A DNA stretch of 58,241 nt from contig JARKSN010000212.1 of NCBI GenBank assembly GCA_029974275.1, positions 1-58,241 on the forward strand, given 5' to 3'. Source of the stretch: Candidatus Hydrogenedentota bacterium. GTDB lineage: Bacteria > Hydrogenedentota > Hydrogenedentia > Hydrogenedentales > SLHB01. The notes beneath the pieces are model-generated. The model was not told where the DNA came from. It searched no databases and saw only the letters and a program-made list of their open reading frames with translations. Positions 22,986-32,405 of the stretch are shown here, piece after piece; position 1 is the stretch's first letter, and each line of letters begins with the position of its first letter. The translations under genes and the position numbers were made by a program.

Positions 22986-24878
22986 CTACTCGAAGCCCAC
23001 CGATACGCCCGGAATGGCCTCTACATAACGCAGCCAATGCTCGAACATCAACAGCGCCCACAAATGATGACCCGCGTCCGCTTTTCGCTGCGTATGCGCG
23101 GCGAACAGCGCCTGGATCGCCTCGGGCCGCAGGTAGGCATGACAGCGCGCCCCCGGTTGAAGGACCGTCTCGTCAAAGTGCGAACGGAGTTTTTCGCGAA
23201 ACCAGCGGTGAATCGGGATGGCGAACCCCCGCTTGCGTTGGCGCAGGATCGTGCGGGGCAGACGCGAACGAAGCGCATGCCTCATGACCCGCTTGGTCGC
23301 GCATCCGCGAAGCTTGAGAGGAAACGGAACCGTCGCCGCAAACTCGATGAGGCGGTAGTCAAGCAACGGGACGCGCGCCTCGAGCGAATGCGCCATGCTC
23401 ATGCGATCCACCTTCGTCAAGATGTCGTCGGGCAAGTACATCGCGAAGTCATGATACAGCATGGCGTCGCCGACGCTGAGTTGCCGCGCGGCGCGGGCAT
23501 GCTGCGCAAAACGATTCGTAAGCCCCAAAGCGACCGCCGCCGCTACGTCATGCTGATACAACGAAGACCGCTGGGCGCTGTCGAAGCACGTCTGCCGACG
23601 CCGGAAAACGTCGAGCGGATCCAGGAACGCGTCTTCGTTGAGGCGCCGCAGCCGCGCGGCAAACGGCCCGTCGGGCAACGCGGCAACGGCATTGCCGACA
23701 ATCCGGCGCGCCGCTTCCGGAACGGCGCGGTATCGATCAAGCAAATGCGTCATCCGCGTCCACGCGTACCCCGCGAAAAGCTCGTCGCCCCCGTCGCCGG
23801 AAAGCGCGACGGCAACCTGCTGCCGCGCGACCTGCGAGACCAGCCACGTCGGCAGCGCCGAGGAATCGGCGAACGGCTCGCCAAAATGCCGGATGATGCG
23901 CGGAAGCAGCGCGACGGCGTCCGGTTTCAACACGGCTTCGACGTGATCCGTGTCGTAGCGTTTGGCCACGGCGCGCGCGTAGCCCAGCTCATCCGCTTGC
24001 GCGTCGTCAAAGCCGATCGTGAAGGTCTTGACAGGACGCGAACTCATCGCGGCCAGACTCGACACCACCGCGCTCGAATCAAGGCCGCCGCTGAGAAACG
24101 CGCCCAGCGGCACATCGCTGATCCGGTGCAGCCGGACCGCATCGTCGAGCAAGGAAAGGAACTGCTCGGAGGCGCTATCGAGCGTCATCGACGCGTCCGG
24201 CGCATAGCGCACCTTCCAGTGCCGTTCCCGCTGCGCCTGTCCCTTTTGGTACACGAGTTTCTCGCCGGGCAACAGCTTCTGCACATCGCGAAAAATCGTG
24301 TCGGGCGCGGGAATATAGAGATACGTGAAATAGGCGTCGAGCGCGGCGGCATTGAGGGCCCCGCGCACCCGTCCCGATCGCAACAACGCGTCGATCTCCG
24401 ACGCGAACACGATCGCGCCGTCGCGGATGCAATAGAACAGCGGCTTGATGCCCGCTCGATCGCGCGCGAGCAGCAGGCGGTCCTGGCGGCGGTCGTAGAT
24501 GGCGATCGCAAACATGCCGTTCAACTGAGAAAGGAATGCGTCGCCGTAGGCCTCATACGCGCGCAAGACGACCTCGGTGTCGCAACGCGTGCGAAACGCC
24601 GCGCCACGCGCTTCAAGGCGATCGCGTATTTCCTGGAAGTTGTATATCTCGCCGTTGAACGCGATAACGACGCCTCCGTCATCGCTGACCATCGGTTGAT
24701 GGCCGCCCGCCACGTCAATGACGCTAAGCCGGCGCATGGCCAGCGCGACATGGCCGCCGTCCCACAAACCTGCGTCATCAGGACCGCGATGCGTCAAGAC
24801 GCGATTCATCGCCTCGACCATCGCCGCGTCCACTCGCCGCTCGCCGTCGGCAAAAACTATTCCGCAAATGCCACACAT
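22986..24878 (-). CDS. asnB: Asparagine synthase (glutamine-hydrolysing) family amidotransferase
   Basis: MCGICG, HRGPD, NGEIYN, LSGGLDSS, SGDGGDE and KVDRMSM. Confidence 0.95.
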   Translation of the reverse strand: MCGICGIVFADGERRVDAAMVEAMNRVLTHRGPDDAGLWDGGHVALAMRRLSVIDVAGGHQPMVSDDGGVVIAFNGEIYNFQEIRDRLEARGAAFRTRCDTEVVLRAYEAYGDAFLSQLNGMFAIAIYDRRQDRLLLARDRAGIKPLFYCIRDGAIVFASEIDALLRSGRVRGALNAAALDAYFTYLYIPAPDTIFRDVQKLLPGEKLVYQKGQAQRERHWKVRYAPDASMTLDSASEQFLSLLDDAVRLHRISDVPLGAFLSGGLDSSAVVSSLAAMSSRPVKTFTIGFDDAQADELGYARAVAKRYDTDHVEAVLKPDAVALLPRIIRHFGEPFADSSALPTWLVSQVARQQVAVALSGDGGDELFAGYAWTRMTHLLDRYRAVPEAARRIVGNAVAALPDGPFAARLRRLNEDAFLDPLDVFRRRQTCFDSAQRSSLYQHDVAAAVALGLTNRFAQHARAARQLSVGDAMLYHDFAMYLPDDILTKVDRMSMAHSLEARVPLLDYRLIEFAATVPFPLKLRGCATKRVMRHALRSRLPRTILRQRKRGFAIPIHRWFREKLRSHFDETVLQPGARCHAYLRPEAIQALFAAHTQRKADAGHHLWALLMFEHWLRYVEAIPGVSVGFE

Positions 24879-25002
24879 ATAAACAACGCGCTCCTCGCCG
24901 CGACACGCGCCTCGCATTAAAGCACAGTCTACAAGTCAAGATCATGATACAATGCAACGGCATACGCAAAATCCGGTCCTATACCACACAGGAGCCGCCT
25001 CC

Positions 25003-26289
25003 ATGCGAACGGATCCCTCGAAAATATCCAGACGAGACGTCCTGAAACGAGGCGCCGCGGCGTTGGCGGGCGCAGGCGCGCTCCAAGGGATGTTGGCGCC
25101 TCTGGCCGACGCGATGACAAACAAACGGAACGAAAACCGCGCTTCGATCGGCAAAAAAAACTCCAAGAGCCCGGCGGCCCGCAAAAACAAAAAACAACCG
25201 GTTGTTGTCCATCCGAAGACCCCCGCTCCAATCGCGTTGACGCCCGCGACACCTGTCGACACGGCGGCGCTGTCTCGCCTCATCGAAGAGCTGCTGCATG
25301 TCTCCGGCACGCCGGGACTCTCCATCGCGGTGATCGAAGAACGCCGCGTCACATGGGCCCAAGGCTTCGGCATCGCCAACGCCGCCACCCACGCGCCCGT
25401 AACGCCCGCAACCGTTTTCCAAGCCGCCTCGCTCACGAAACCCACCTTCGCATACGCCGCGCTGAAACTCTGCGAAACCGGCGCGCTGGCGCTCGACGCT
25501 CCCCTTCGAAATAGCTATTTCCCGCAATTACAGCCCTCGCCCGACCCGCTTGCCGACGCCATCACCGCACGCATGGCCCTCGCGCATACCTCGGGCCTTC
25601 CGTTGCGGCACAGCGCGAACTGGCCCATGAAACTCGACTTTCCCCCGGGCCAACGCTTCGGATACAGCGGCGCCGCATACTTATACCTGCAACAAATCAT
25701 CGAGCACGCAACCGGACGGCCTCTCGACCACCTCATGCAACAGTATGTGACGGGGCCGCTCAATCTCGCACATTCCAGCTACGTATGGAAACCCGAATAC
25801 GAAACCGCCTGCGCCGTCGGCTACGATTGGGACGGCGCTCCCGTCAACGACGTCAGCCGGCCTGCAGCCGCGAACGCCGCGGGCTCACTCCACACCACCC
25901 CGGCGGACTTCGCGGTGTTCCTGCTTGAATCCATGAACACCGCCCGCCGCGACCATGCGCTGCTCGATTATCTGTCGCGACGGATGCTCCTCAGTCCGCA
26001 AGTGCGACTACGCGATGAACTCGCCTGGGGGATCGGCTGGGGATTGCGACTCACAGAAAAGGACGACCGCATCTGGCATCTCGGCGATAGCCGCGGCTAC
26101 GCATCCTACGCCGCCGCATCCTGTAAAACCGGCCGCGGCCTCGTCGTCTTCACCAACAGCCGCCACGGCATGCGCGTCTGCCACACCCTCGCCGAAAGCG
26201 TCCTCGACGACGAAGGCCCCACGTTCGCCTGGATATACGACTCGTTTTACAACGGCGCGCCCAAACCCTGGCCCAACGAAAAAATCTAG
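25003..26289 (+). CDS. Tat-exported serine hydrolase, beta-lactamase/AmpC-like family
   Basis: Twin-arginine signal SRRDVLK; SLTK (SxxK), HTSG, YSG and HLG; GGAG RBS. Confidence 0.88.
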   Translation: MRTDPSKISRRDVLKRGAAALAGAGALQGMLAPLADAMTNKRNENRASIGKKNSKSPAARKNKKQPVVVHPKTPAPIALTPATPVDTAALSRLIEELLHVSGTPGLSIAVIEERRVTWAQGFGIANAATHAPVTPATVFQAASLTKPTFAYAALKLCETGALALDAPLRNSYFPQLQPSPDPLADAITARMALAHTSGLPLRHSANWPMKLDFPPGQRFGYSGAAYLYLQQIIEHATGRPLDHLMQQYVTGPLNLAHSSYVWKPEYETACAVGYDWDGAPVNDVSRPAAANAAGSLHTTPADFAVFLLESMNTARRDHALLDYLSRRMLLSPQVRLRDELAWGIGWGLRLTEKDDRIWHLGDSRGYASYAAASCKTGRGLVVFTNSRHGMRVCHTLAESVLDDEGPTFAWIYDSFYNGAPKPWPNEKI

Positions 26290-26358
26290 GCGGGCAAAAC
26301 AGGCTGAGCGTCCGAAAACCCCATTGCGACGCCACCGCCGCGCCTTTATACTGACTGC

Positions 26359-27213
26359 ATGGACGAACGACAGCCGCGCGAAAAAAAACCTCGGGCTTCG
26401 GTGATCATTCCATCCTGGGACGGTCACCGGAACGGCTGCGTGCCGCGTCTATTGGAAAGCATCGCCGCGCAAACCTTCCGCGACTACGAGACGATCCTGA
26501 TCAAAGGCGTATCGCCACAAGGAAAAGCCATCAACCAAGGCACGGAACAAGCCCGCGGCGAGATTCTGATCATCCTTGACGACGACAGCCTCCTGGCCGA
26601 TGCGACCGTGTTTCAGCGGCTTGTAGACGCACTGGACGAGGACCCGCGCATCGGCATGGCCGGAGCCAGCATCGTCGTGCCGCAAAACGCCAACCGCTTT
26701 CAACAACGCGCGGCGCGGCAATTCCCGCGATTTTGCATGCCCGTCGTGGACCGCGTCACCGACAGCGATCTTGCCTGCCACGGCTGTTGCGCGATCCCTC
26801 GGCGCTTGTTCGAGGAAATTGGCCGCGAACGGGAGGACATCGTGCGTGGACTCGACCCCGACTTGCGCGCACGCCTTCGCGCGGCAGGCTATCGCGTGGT
26901 TCTCGCGCCGCACGCCCGCATTCATCACCCGCTTCCCCCAAGCTGGAAGCCTCTTCTGCGCACATTCTTTCGCAACGGCTTCGGTTCCGCCTACTCCCAA
27001 AAATTCCAGCCCGACAGCGTGTACGAAACCCACGAAGCTCTCGATAGCGCCACATTCCAGCCACGCACCACCCTGGCCTATCGCGCCTTTCGTTTTCCCC
27101 TGCGCATCCTCCGCGCCTTGCTGCGCGGACCGGCGCTCCGCTCCGCCGCGTCCTCGGCCTCCGCCTGCGGCTATGGTTGGGGATTTTTCACGGCAAAAAA
27201 CACGGCCCCATGA
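26359..27213 (+). CDS. Glycosyltransferase family 2
   Basis: SVIIPS, N.G...ARGE and LDDD (DxD). Confidence 0.88.
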   Translation: MDERQPREKKPRASVIIPSWDGHRNGCVPRLLESIAAQTFRDYETILIKGVSPQGKAINQGTEQARGEILIILDDDSLLADATVFQRLVDALDEDPRIGMAGASIVVPQNANRFQQRAARQFPRFCMPVVDRVTDSDLACHGCCAIPRRLFEEIGREREDIVRGLDPDLRARLRAAGYRVVLAPHARIHHPLPPSWKPLLRTFFRNGFGSAYSQKFQPDSVYETHEALDSATFQPRTTLAYRAFRFPLRILRALLRGPALRSAASSASACGYGWGFFTAKNTAP

Positions 27214-28034
27214 CCAATCCCATCAAAAGCATCGTCAAAAAAACGGTCAAAACCGCCGCCATGACCCTTGGACGCATCGCCCCCCCTCTCGTGGGCTCAC
27301 GCATCCTCACCTATCACAGCGTCGGTCGCCGCAACCACGAGATGAACGTCTCGCCTGGAATGTTCCGCATGCAAATGGAATGGCTCGCGAAGCATCTCCC
27401 CCTCCTCTCCCTCTCCGACGCAGCGAAAGGCGAACACGGCGTGGCCCTAACCTTCGACGACGGCTACCGCGACAATCTAACCGAAGCCGCCCCCGTCCTC
27501 CGCGAATACGGCATTCCGGCTACGATCTTCGTCGTGGCGGGACGCCTGGGCGGCATGCTCCCCCACGACGCCGACGCCGCGACCAGTTCCTTGTTGACAT
27601 GGGAAGACCTCTGCGAACTCGAACGAATGGGCATCGCCATTGGCGGTCATACCATGACCCACCCCCGCCTCTCCCATCTCGACGAAACCACGCAATCCGC
27701 TGAAATCCTGGGATGCGCCCAAACTCTGCGCGAACAACTCGGTCATCCCATCGAGGCCTTCGCCTATCCCTTCGGAACCGCTGCCGACTACAACGACACC
27801 AGCGTGCGCCTCGCACAACAGGCAGGATTTGTCCTCGCCGCAACCAATCGTTACGGCGTCAATCCCCCCAACGCCGATCCATGGACCCTGCGGCGCATCT
27901 GGATCGACGCCTCCGACACGCTCGAACTGTTCCAGGCCAAAGCGACCGGTCGACTGGACATGTTGCGTGTATTGGATTCACGCCCCGGGATCGCCCTGCG
28001 CCGATGCCTGAACGCGCTGGCGCGCCATACGTAA
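27210..28034 (+). CDS. Polysaccharide deacetylase (CE4/NodB)
   Basis: LTYH, LTFDDGY, GHTMTH and FAYPFG; ATGA overlap with the GT2 gene. Confidence 0.92.
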   Translation: MTNPIKSIVKKTVKTAAMTLGRIAPPLVGSRILTYHSVGRRNHEMNVSPGMFRMQMEWLAKHLPLLSLSDAAKGEHGVALTFDDGYRDNLTEAAPVLREYGIPATIFVVAGRLGGMLPHDADAATSSLLTWEDLCELERMGIAIGGHTMTHPRLSHLDETTQSAEILGCAQTLREQLGHPIEAFAYPFGTAADYNDTSVRLAQQAGFVLAATNRYGVNPPNADPWTLRRIWIDASDTLELFQAKATGRLDMLRVLDSRPGIALRRCLNALARHT

Positions 28035-28049
28035 CGTAACTCCTGCCCA

Positions 28050-28139
28050 AAGAGGCGCGCGGACGAGGGTGGGGACTCGTCCGCGCCATGCGAAGGAGGA
28101 GGCTCGTGTGTATGTGGGGAGGTGGATCGCCTGCCTCTT
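28050..28139 (-). ncRNA. Candidate small RNA with C/U-rich anti-Shine-Dalgarno loops and a terminator-like hairpin
   Basis: Perfect 11-bp stem 28057-28067/28076-28086. The minus strand reads CACCUCCCC, CCUCCUCC and UCCCCACC. Ends AAGAGGC/GCCTCTT are complementary. Confidence 0.4.
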
Positions 28140-28399
28140 CCTAGTAAACGCCGGGAAACGCCAAAGGTTGACCCCATTTTTTTCAATGCCCAAAAATCTG
28201 CATCGGGGACGCCGCCCTCTCTCCGTATCTATACGCTTTGCAATATCTTACAGGCATCCGTCGGTTGCGCGATGCCAGACCCTGTGCTATACTCTGCCCA
28301 ACGGCGGAAAAACAACCGTGCCGCCCGGTTTCACGCAGCGTCGCAAGACAGACGGACTACGCCGCCATGTCGAGACAGGGTTAGGAAAGAGCGAAGCAT

Positions 28400-29386
28400 A
28401 TGCCCGACATTCTGAGCCAGGATGAAATCGACCTCCTGCTCGGAGCCGTCTCGAAAGGCGAAATCGCCATCGAGGAAATACAGTCCGCCGCCCCCGATGT
28501 GCGCGACACGAGCACCTACGACTTCCGCCGCCCCGAACGCGTCTCGAAAGAACAATTCAAAGGCCTTCAAAGCCTCTTCGAAGCCTTCTCGCGCGAACTC
28601 AGCATCATCCTGCCGCCCTTTCTGCGCAGCGTGGTGCGCGTCGATCTGATGGCCATCGACCAGCTGACCTACGACGAGTTCATTCTGTCCGTGGGACGCC
28701 CCACCTCGCTCTCGATCGTGAACATGGCTCCCCTGGACGGCCAAGCGGTCGTCGAGCTCAACCCCGCCATTGTGTTCCCCATGGTGGACCGGCTGCTCGG
28801 CGGCAAAGGCCAGCCCCTCGAACGTTCCCGCGAACTCACCGAAATCGAAAACCGCGTCATCCACCGCGTCATCCTCATGATCCTCGACTGCCTGAAACGT
28901 TCCTGGGAACAACTCATCGAATTCCGCATGACCATCGTCGCCATGGAAAGCGACCCCCTCATCGTCCAGATCGTCGCGGGCAGCGAAATGGTCATCCTCG
29001 TCGGCTACGAGGTCCACATCGGCGACAGCGTGGGCACGATGAACATGTGCATCCCCCTGTTGGTCCTGAACCCAGTGCTCGACCAAATATCCCAGCAAAC
29101 ACGCTACATCCGGAGAATGCCCGCCGACGTCGCCGCACGCACGCGCGAACAAATCGCCAAAACCTTGCGCCACGTGACCGTCCCCCTCGACGCCATTCTC
29201 GGCCACGCCGTCCTGTCGCTCGAAGAACTGGCGCGCCTTCAAATAGGCGACATCATTCAGCTAGACTCGGAAATGAACGCGCCGATCGGCGTCGAAGTCG
29301 GCGGACTCGTCCGCTTCAAGGCCGCCCCCGGACGCCGCAGCGAGCAAAGCTCCGTGCAGTTGCTGGAAATCGTGCGGGACGATTGA
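28400..29386 (+). CDS. fliM: Flagellar motor switch protein FliM
   Basis: LSQDEIDLLL CheY-binding peptide, YDFRRP, LTYDEFI, DRLLGG, RELTEIE and a C-terminal SpoA domain. Confidence 0.96.
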   Translation: MPDILSQDEIDLLLGAVSKGEIAIEEIQSAAPDVRDTSTYDFRRPERVSKEQFKGLQSLFEAFSRELSIILPPFLRSVVRVDLMAIDQLTYDEFILSVGRPTSLSIVNMAPLDGQAVVELNPAIVFPMVDRLLGGKGQPLERSRELTEIENRVIHRVILMILDCLKRSWEQLIEFRMTIVAMESDPLIVQIVAGSEMVILVGYEVHIGDSVGTMNMCIPLLVLNPVLDQISQQTRYIRRMPADVAARTREQIAKTLRHVTVPLDAILGHAVLSLEELARLQIGDIIQLDSEMNAPIGVEVGGLVRFKAAPGRRSEQSSVQLLEIVRDD

Positions 29387-29420
29387 CGATTATCCCGGCC
29401 TCAACCACGAGGGAACATAC

Positions 29421-30374
29421 ATGAACGCTACCACGCCCCAAACCTTCGCCGAAGGCTTCATGAAAGGGTTTTCGGGCATTGTCGGAGCCATGCTCAACGC
29501 AACGGCATCCTACTCGATCTTCGGCGTGGAAGACCTCACGCCCGACGCCCTTCACGGGTTCCTGACGCAATTCGGCGTGGCAATCCAAACCGGCATCAAG
29601 ACCGGCGGCGGCATCGCCGTCCTGCTCCCCGCGTCCGATGCCGCCTGGCTCGCCACACAAGCCTCGGGCAAGCCCCTCCAATCCCCGAACCGGTTGACCG
29701 AAGACGACATCGCCCTCCTCCAAGAAGTCTGCGAACCCTGCATGGGCGGCGGCGTCAGCCATTTCAAGGAAGCCTACGGAAAAGAACTCGAGTTGACCCA
29801 GTTGCGCGTCATGTCCTGCGATCCCGCCTCCGCGGCGGCCCTGGCCGAACGGCTGGGAGACAAGGCAACGTCTGCCTCCTTCCTGTTTTCCGTGCCGCCC
29901 GACATACAGACGGAAGGAGTCTTGTTCTTTTCCCGAATACTGGAGGACGTCATCCCGGCGCCTTCCGGCAAAACCCTGCTCAGCGAAACGGAGATCAACG
30001 ACATCTTGAACCAAGTCGCCGCAACGGGAGCCCCTTCCCCGGCATCCGCCCCGCCTCCCCCGTCCGCCCCCTCCCCCCAACCCGCGCCGCCGCAACAACG
30101 GGTCATCCCCGGCAACCTCGACATGGTGCTGGACATCCGCCTGCTGGCCACGGCGCGCCTGGGCCGCATCGAGATGCCCATCGGCGACATACTCGCCCTA
30201 GGTCCCGGCTCCATTCTCGAAGTGGGCCACCTCGTGGACGAACCGATCGAACTGCTCGTCAACGACAAACTCGTCGCCCGAGGAGAAGTCGTCGTCGTCG
30301 ACGAAAAATTCGGCCTGCGCATCACGGAAATCGTCAGCGCCCGGGAACGAATAGAGAGCCTGGGTCACTCGTAA
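29421..30374 (+). CDS. fliN: Flagellar motor switch protein FliN/FliY with a divergent CheC-like N-domain
   Basis: C-terminal SpoA domain NLDMVLDI...VARGEVVVVDEKFGLRITEI, preceded by a Pro-rich linker. Confidence 0.88.
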   Translation: MNATTPQTFAEGFMKGFSGIVGAMLNATASYSIFGVEDLTPDALHGFLTQFGVAIQTGIKTGGGIAVLLPASDAAWLATQASGKPLQSPNRLTEDDIALLQEVCEPCMGGGVSHFKEAYGKELELTQLRVMSCDPASAAALAERLGDKATSASFLFSVPPDIQTEGVLFFSRILEDVIPAPSGKTLLSETEINDILNQVAATGAPSPASAPPPPSAPSPQPAPPQQRVIPGNLDMVLDIRLLATARLGRIEMPIGDILALGPGSILEVGHLVDEPIELLVNDKLVARGEVVVVDEKFGLRITEIVSARERIESLGHS

Positions 30375-31123
30375 TGCGCGACGAAAAGGAACTCTGGGGC
30401 CGCTGGAAAGAAAAGGGCGACGATGAAGCCCGCGAGGCCCTCATCGTCCACCACATGCAAATCGTGCGGTACATCGCAGGCCGCATGGCGATCCACGTGC
30501 CCTCCTCCATCGACATCGACGATTTGATCGGCTGGGGCGTGCTGGGCTTGATCGACGCGGTCGAGAAATACGACCACACCCAAGACATCAAATTCTCCAC
30601 CTACGCCTCTATCCGGGTGCGCGGCGCCATTCTCGACCAAATCCGATCGCTCGACTGGGCCCCTCGATCGCTGCGCGTCATGGCCCGGAAAATGGCCTCC
30701 GCCCGGGAACGGCTGCGACACGAACAAGGCGCGGAACCCTCCGCCGCCGCCATCGCCCAGGCCCTCGAAACCACGGAACATCACGTCGAAGACGCCATGG
30801 CCCAACTTCAAACGGCCCAAATCCTCTCCCTCGACGACTACCTGCCCTCGGAAGACGCCTCCGAAACCCGCAAAATCGACATCACCCGAGACGGACGCTT
30901 CCCCGGCCCCGAAGAACAGGCCATCGAAAAAGAACGGCAGGACCGGATCGTCAAGGCCATTCTCGAGTTGCCAGAACAACAACAAAAAGTGCTAAACTTA
31001 TATTACTACGAACAACTTACGCTGAAAGAGATCGGGCTCGTCCTGGAGGTGTCGGAATCCCGGGTATGCCAGGTGCATAGCAGCGCCATGAAGGCGCTCC
31101 GGAAGGCCATGCAAGGGGGGTGA
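30374..31123 (+). CDS. fliA: RNA polymerase sigma-28 factor FliA/WhiG
   Basis: GLIDAVEKYD, KFSTYASIRVRGAILD, DWAPRS and LTLKEIG..LEVSESRVCQ; TAATG coupling to fliN. Confidence 0.96.
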   Translation: MRDEKELWGRWKEKGDDEAREALIVHHMQIVRYIAGRMAIHVPSSIDIDDLIGWGVLGLIDAVEKYDHTQDIKFSTYASIRVRGAILDQIRSLDWAPRSLRVMARKMASARERLRHEQGAEPSAAAIAQALETTEHHVEDAMAQLQTAQILSLDDYLPSEDASETRKIDITRDGRFPGPEEQAIEKERQDRIVKAILELPEQQQKVLNLYYYEQLTLKEIGLVLEVSESRVCQVHSSAMKALRKAMQGG

Positions 31124-31125
31124 AC

Positions 31126-31494
31126 ATGCCTCAGCCCATCGACCCGCAAACCGAGACAGCGCGCCTGTCTGCGGTGGACCGCGTGCAACAAATCATGGAT
31201 CGCGCCTCGCTCGCCGCCCAACAACGGCTCGCCGCGCACGTCGAATCAGAACGCGTGATCGCCGAAACCGTCGTGCAGCAAACGCCGCAATCCCAAAGCG
31301 AGCAAGTCGACGCAGAAGCGCGGCGCCGCAATCCGTATGCGAAACGCCGGAAACAGCGCGCTCCCGAGGACTCCGATCCCGACGCGACGCCGCAAGACAG
31401 CGACAACGAAGCCGCGCACATGGTCTACAACGCAGAAGAACGGGCCGAACGGCTCGATGCAGAACAAGCGCATCGCCTGGACATCTCCATATGA
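31126..31494 (+). CDS. Hypothetical flagellar-cluster protein
   Basis: Abuts fliA; Q/E/R-rich and ends in LDISI. Confidence 0.65.
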   Translation: MPQPIDPQTETARLSAVDRVQQIMDRASLAAQQRLAAHVESERVIAETVVQQTPQSQSEQVDAEARRRNPYAKRRKQRAPEDSDPDATPQDSDNEAAHMVYNAEERAERLDAEQAHRLDISI

Positions 31495-31594
31495 CGCGAG
31501 TTAATCCGTCCCGGCGCAGGGACGGAACCCCATAGTCCTGGGGCAGGGCGAATCATCTTGGGCGACACGGGCAACCATCCGTGCGAGATAACCT

Positions 31595-32404
31595 ATGAAC
31601 GATTGGCGGATATGGCTGAGCGGATTGCTCATCCTGCTGGGCATCACAGCGGGATGCGTATCCGTCGTTTTTGCCTACGACCTCCTCAGACGTCTCGTCG
31701 CCGCCATACGATACCGCCCCCGTCCGCGCAAGATGGACTACACCAACATGATGATCCTCTTCCAGTCCATGCGCGACATCCTCGAAGAGCAAAAGGCGCT
31801 CGCCCGCCAACTCACCGAAGGAATCGACAAACGGATCAGCCAAATTCGGCAAACCGTCGAGGAAACGCGCGCGGAACTCGCCGCCATACGCGAAAAAGCC
31901 CACGCGCTCGCCGCCGAACTCGAAACGCGCCGCCCTCCCGATTTCCGACAACCCGAAGCGCCCCCATCCGACCGGACCGCCTCCCCGCAACACAACGGAC
32001 ACTCGGAGACGTCGCCGCCCCTCCGCGCCATCGCGACCCCAGAAGCGTCCCCCCGATTCAATGACATGATCGATAACTGGATCGGGCTGGATTTCGGGGA
32101 AGAAGCCCCGGATGCCCATGCGCCCGCCCCCCCTCCGCCGCCCGAGATGCCGGAAAATCCCGACATGGCCCGGCAAGCCTTTCGCACGCTCCTAAATTAT
32201 CAGGAAGCCCAGCCGCCTCCCGCCGATCCCTCGCAAAAAAACCAACGCGGCGGAAACGGATCCGCCAAGATAACCCCTCTCCAAGCGCGCGTGTATGAAT
32301 ACTGCGACGCGGGCATGCCCATACCCCTCATCGCGCAAGAATTGGGCATCGGCAAAGGAGAGGTCCGCCTGATCCTCAGCCTCCGCAGAGACAAAGGACA
32401 CTGA
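31595..32404 (+). CDS. Membrane-anchored coiled-coil protein with C-terminal HTH-like motif (DUF6115-like)
   Basis: N-terminal TM helix, coiled coil, Pro-rich linker and IAQELGIGKGEVRLILSL. Confidence 0.7.
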   Translation: MNDWRIWLSGLLILLGITAGCVSVVFAYDLLRRLVAAIRYRPRPRKMDYTNMMILFQSMRDILEEQKALARQLTEGIDKRISQIRQTVEETRAELAAIREKAHALAAELETRRPPDFRQPEAPPSDRTASPQHNGHSETSPPLRAIATPEASPRFNDMIDNWIGLDFGEEAPDAHAPAPPPPPEMPENPDMARQAFRTLLNYQEAQPPPADPSQKNQRGGNGSAKITPLQARVYEYCDAGMPIPLIAQELGIGKGEVRLILSLRRDKGH

Positions 32405-32405
32405 C

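Noticed and set aside
23037..24920. 627-aa plus-strand ORF, and similar long ORFs at 33987-35618, 36213-37946, 38000-39502, 42351-43850 and 48647-50449
   Set aside because: Each lies opposite a gene with clear family motifs and has no motifs of its own.
28140..28399. Possible c-di-GMP riboswitch or sigma-28 promoter upstream of fliM
   Set aside because: No GEMM core (GCAAAC...GAAA...GACGCAAAGC) and no TAAA-N15-GCCGAT match found.
30030..30100. C-rich low-complexity stretch in fliN/Y
   Set aside because: It encodes an ordinary Pro/Ala/Ser linker, not a DNA repeat element.
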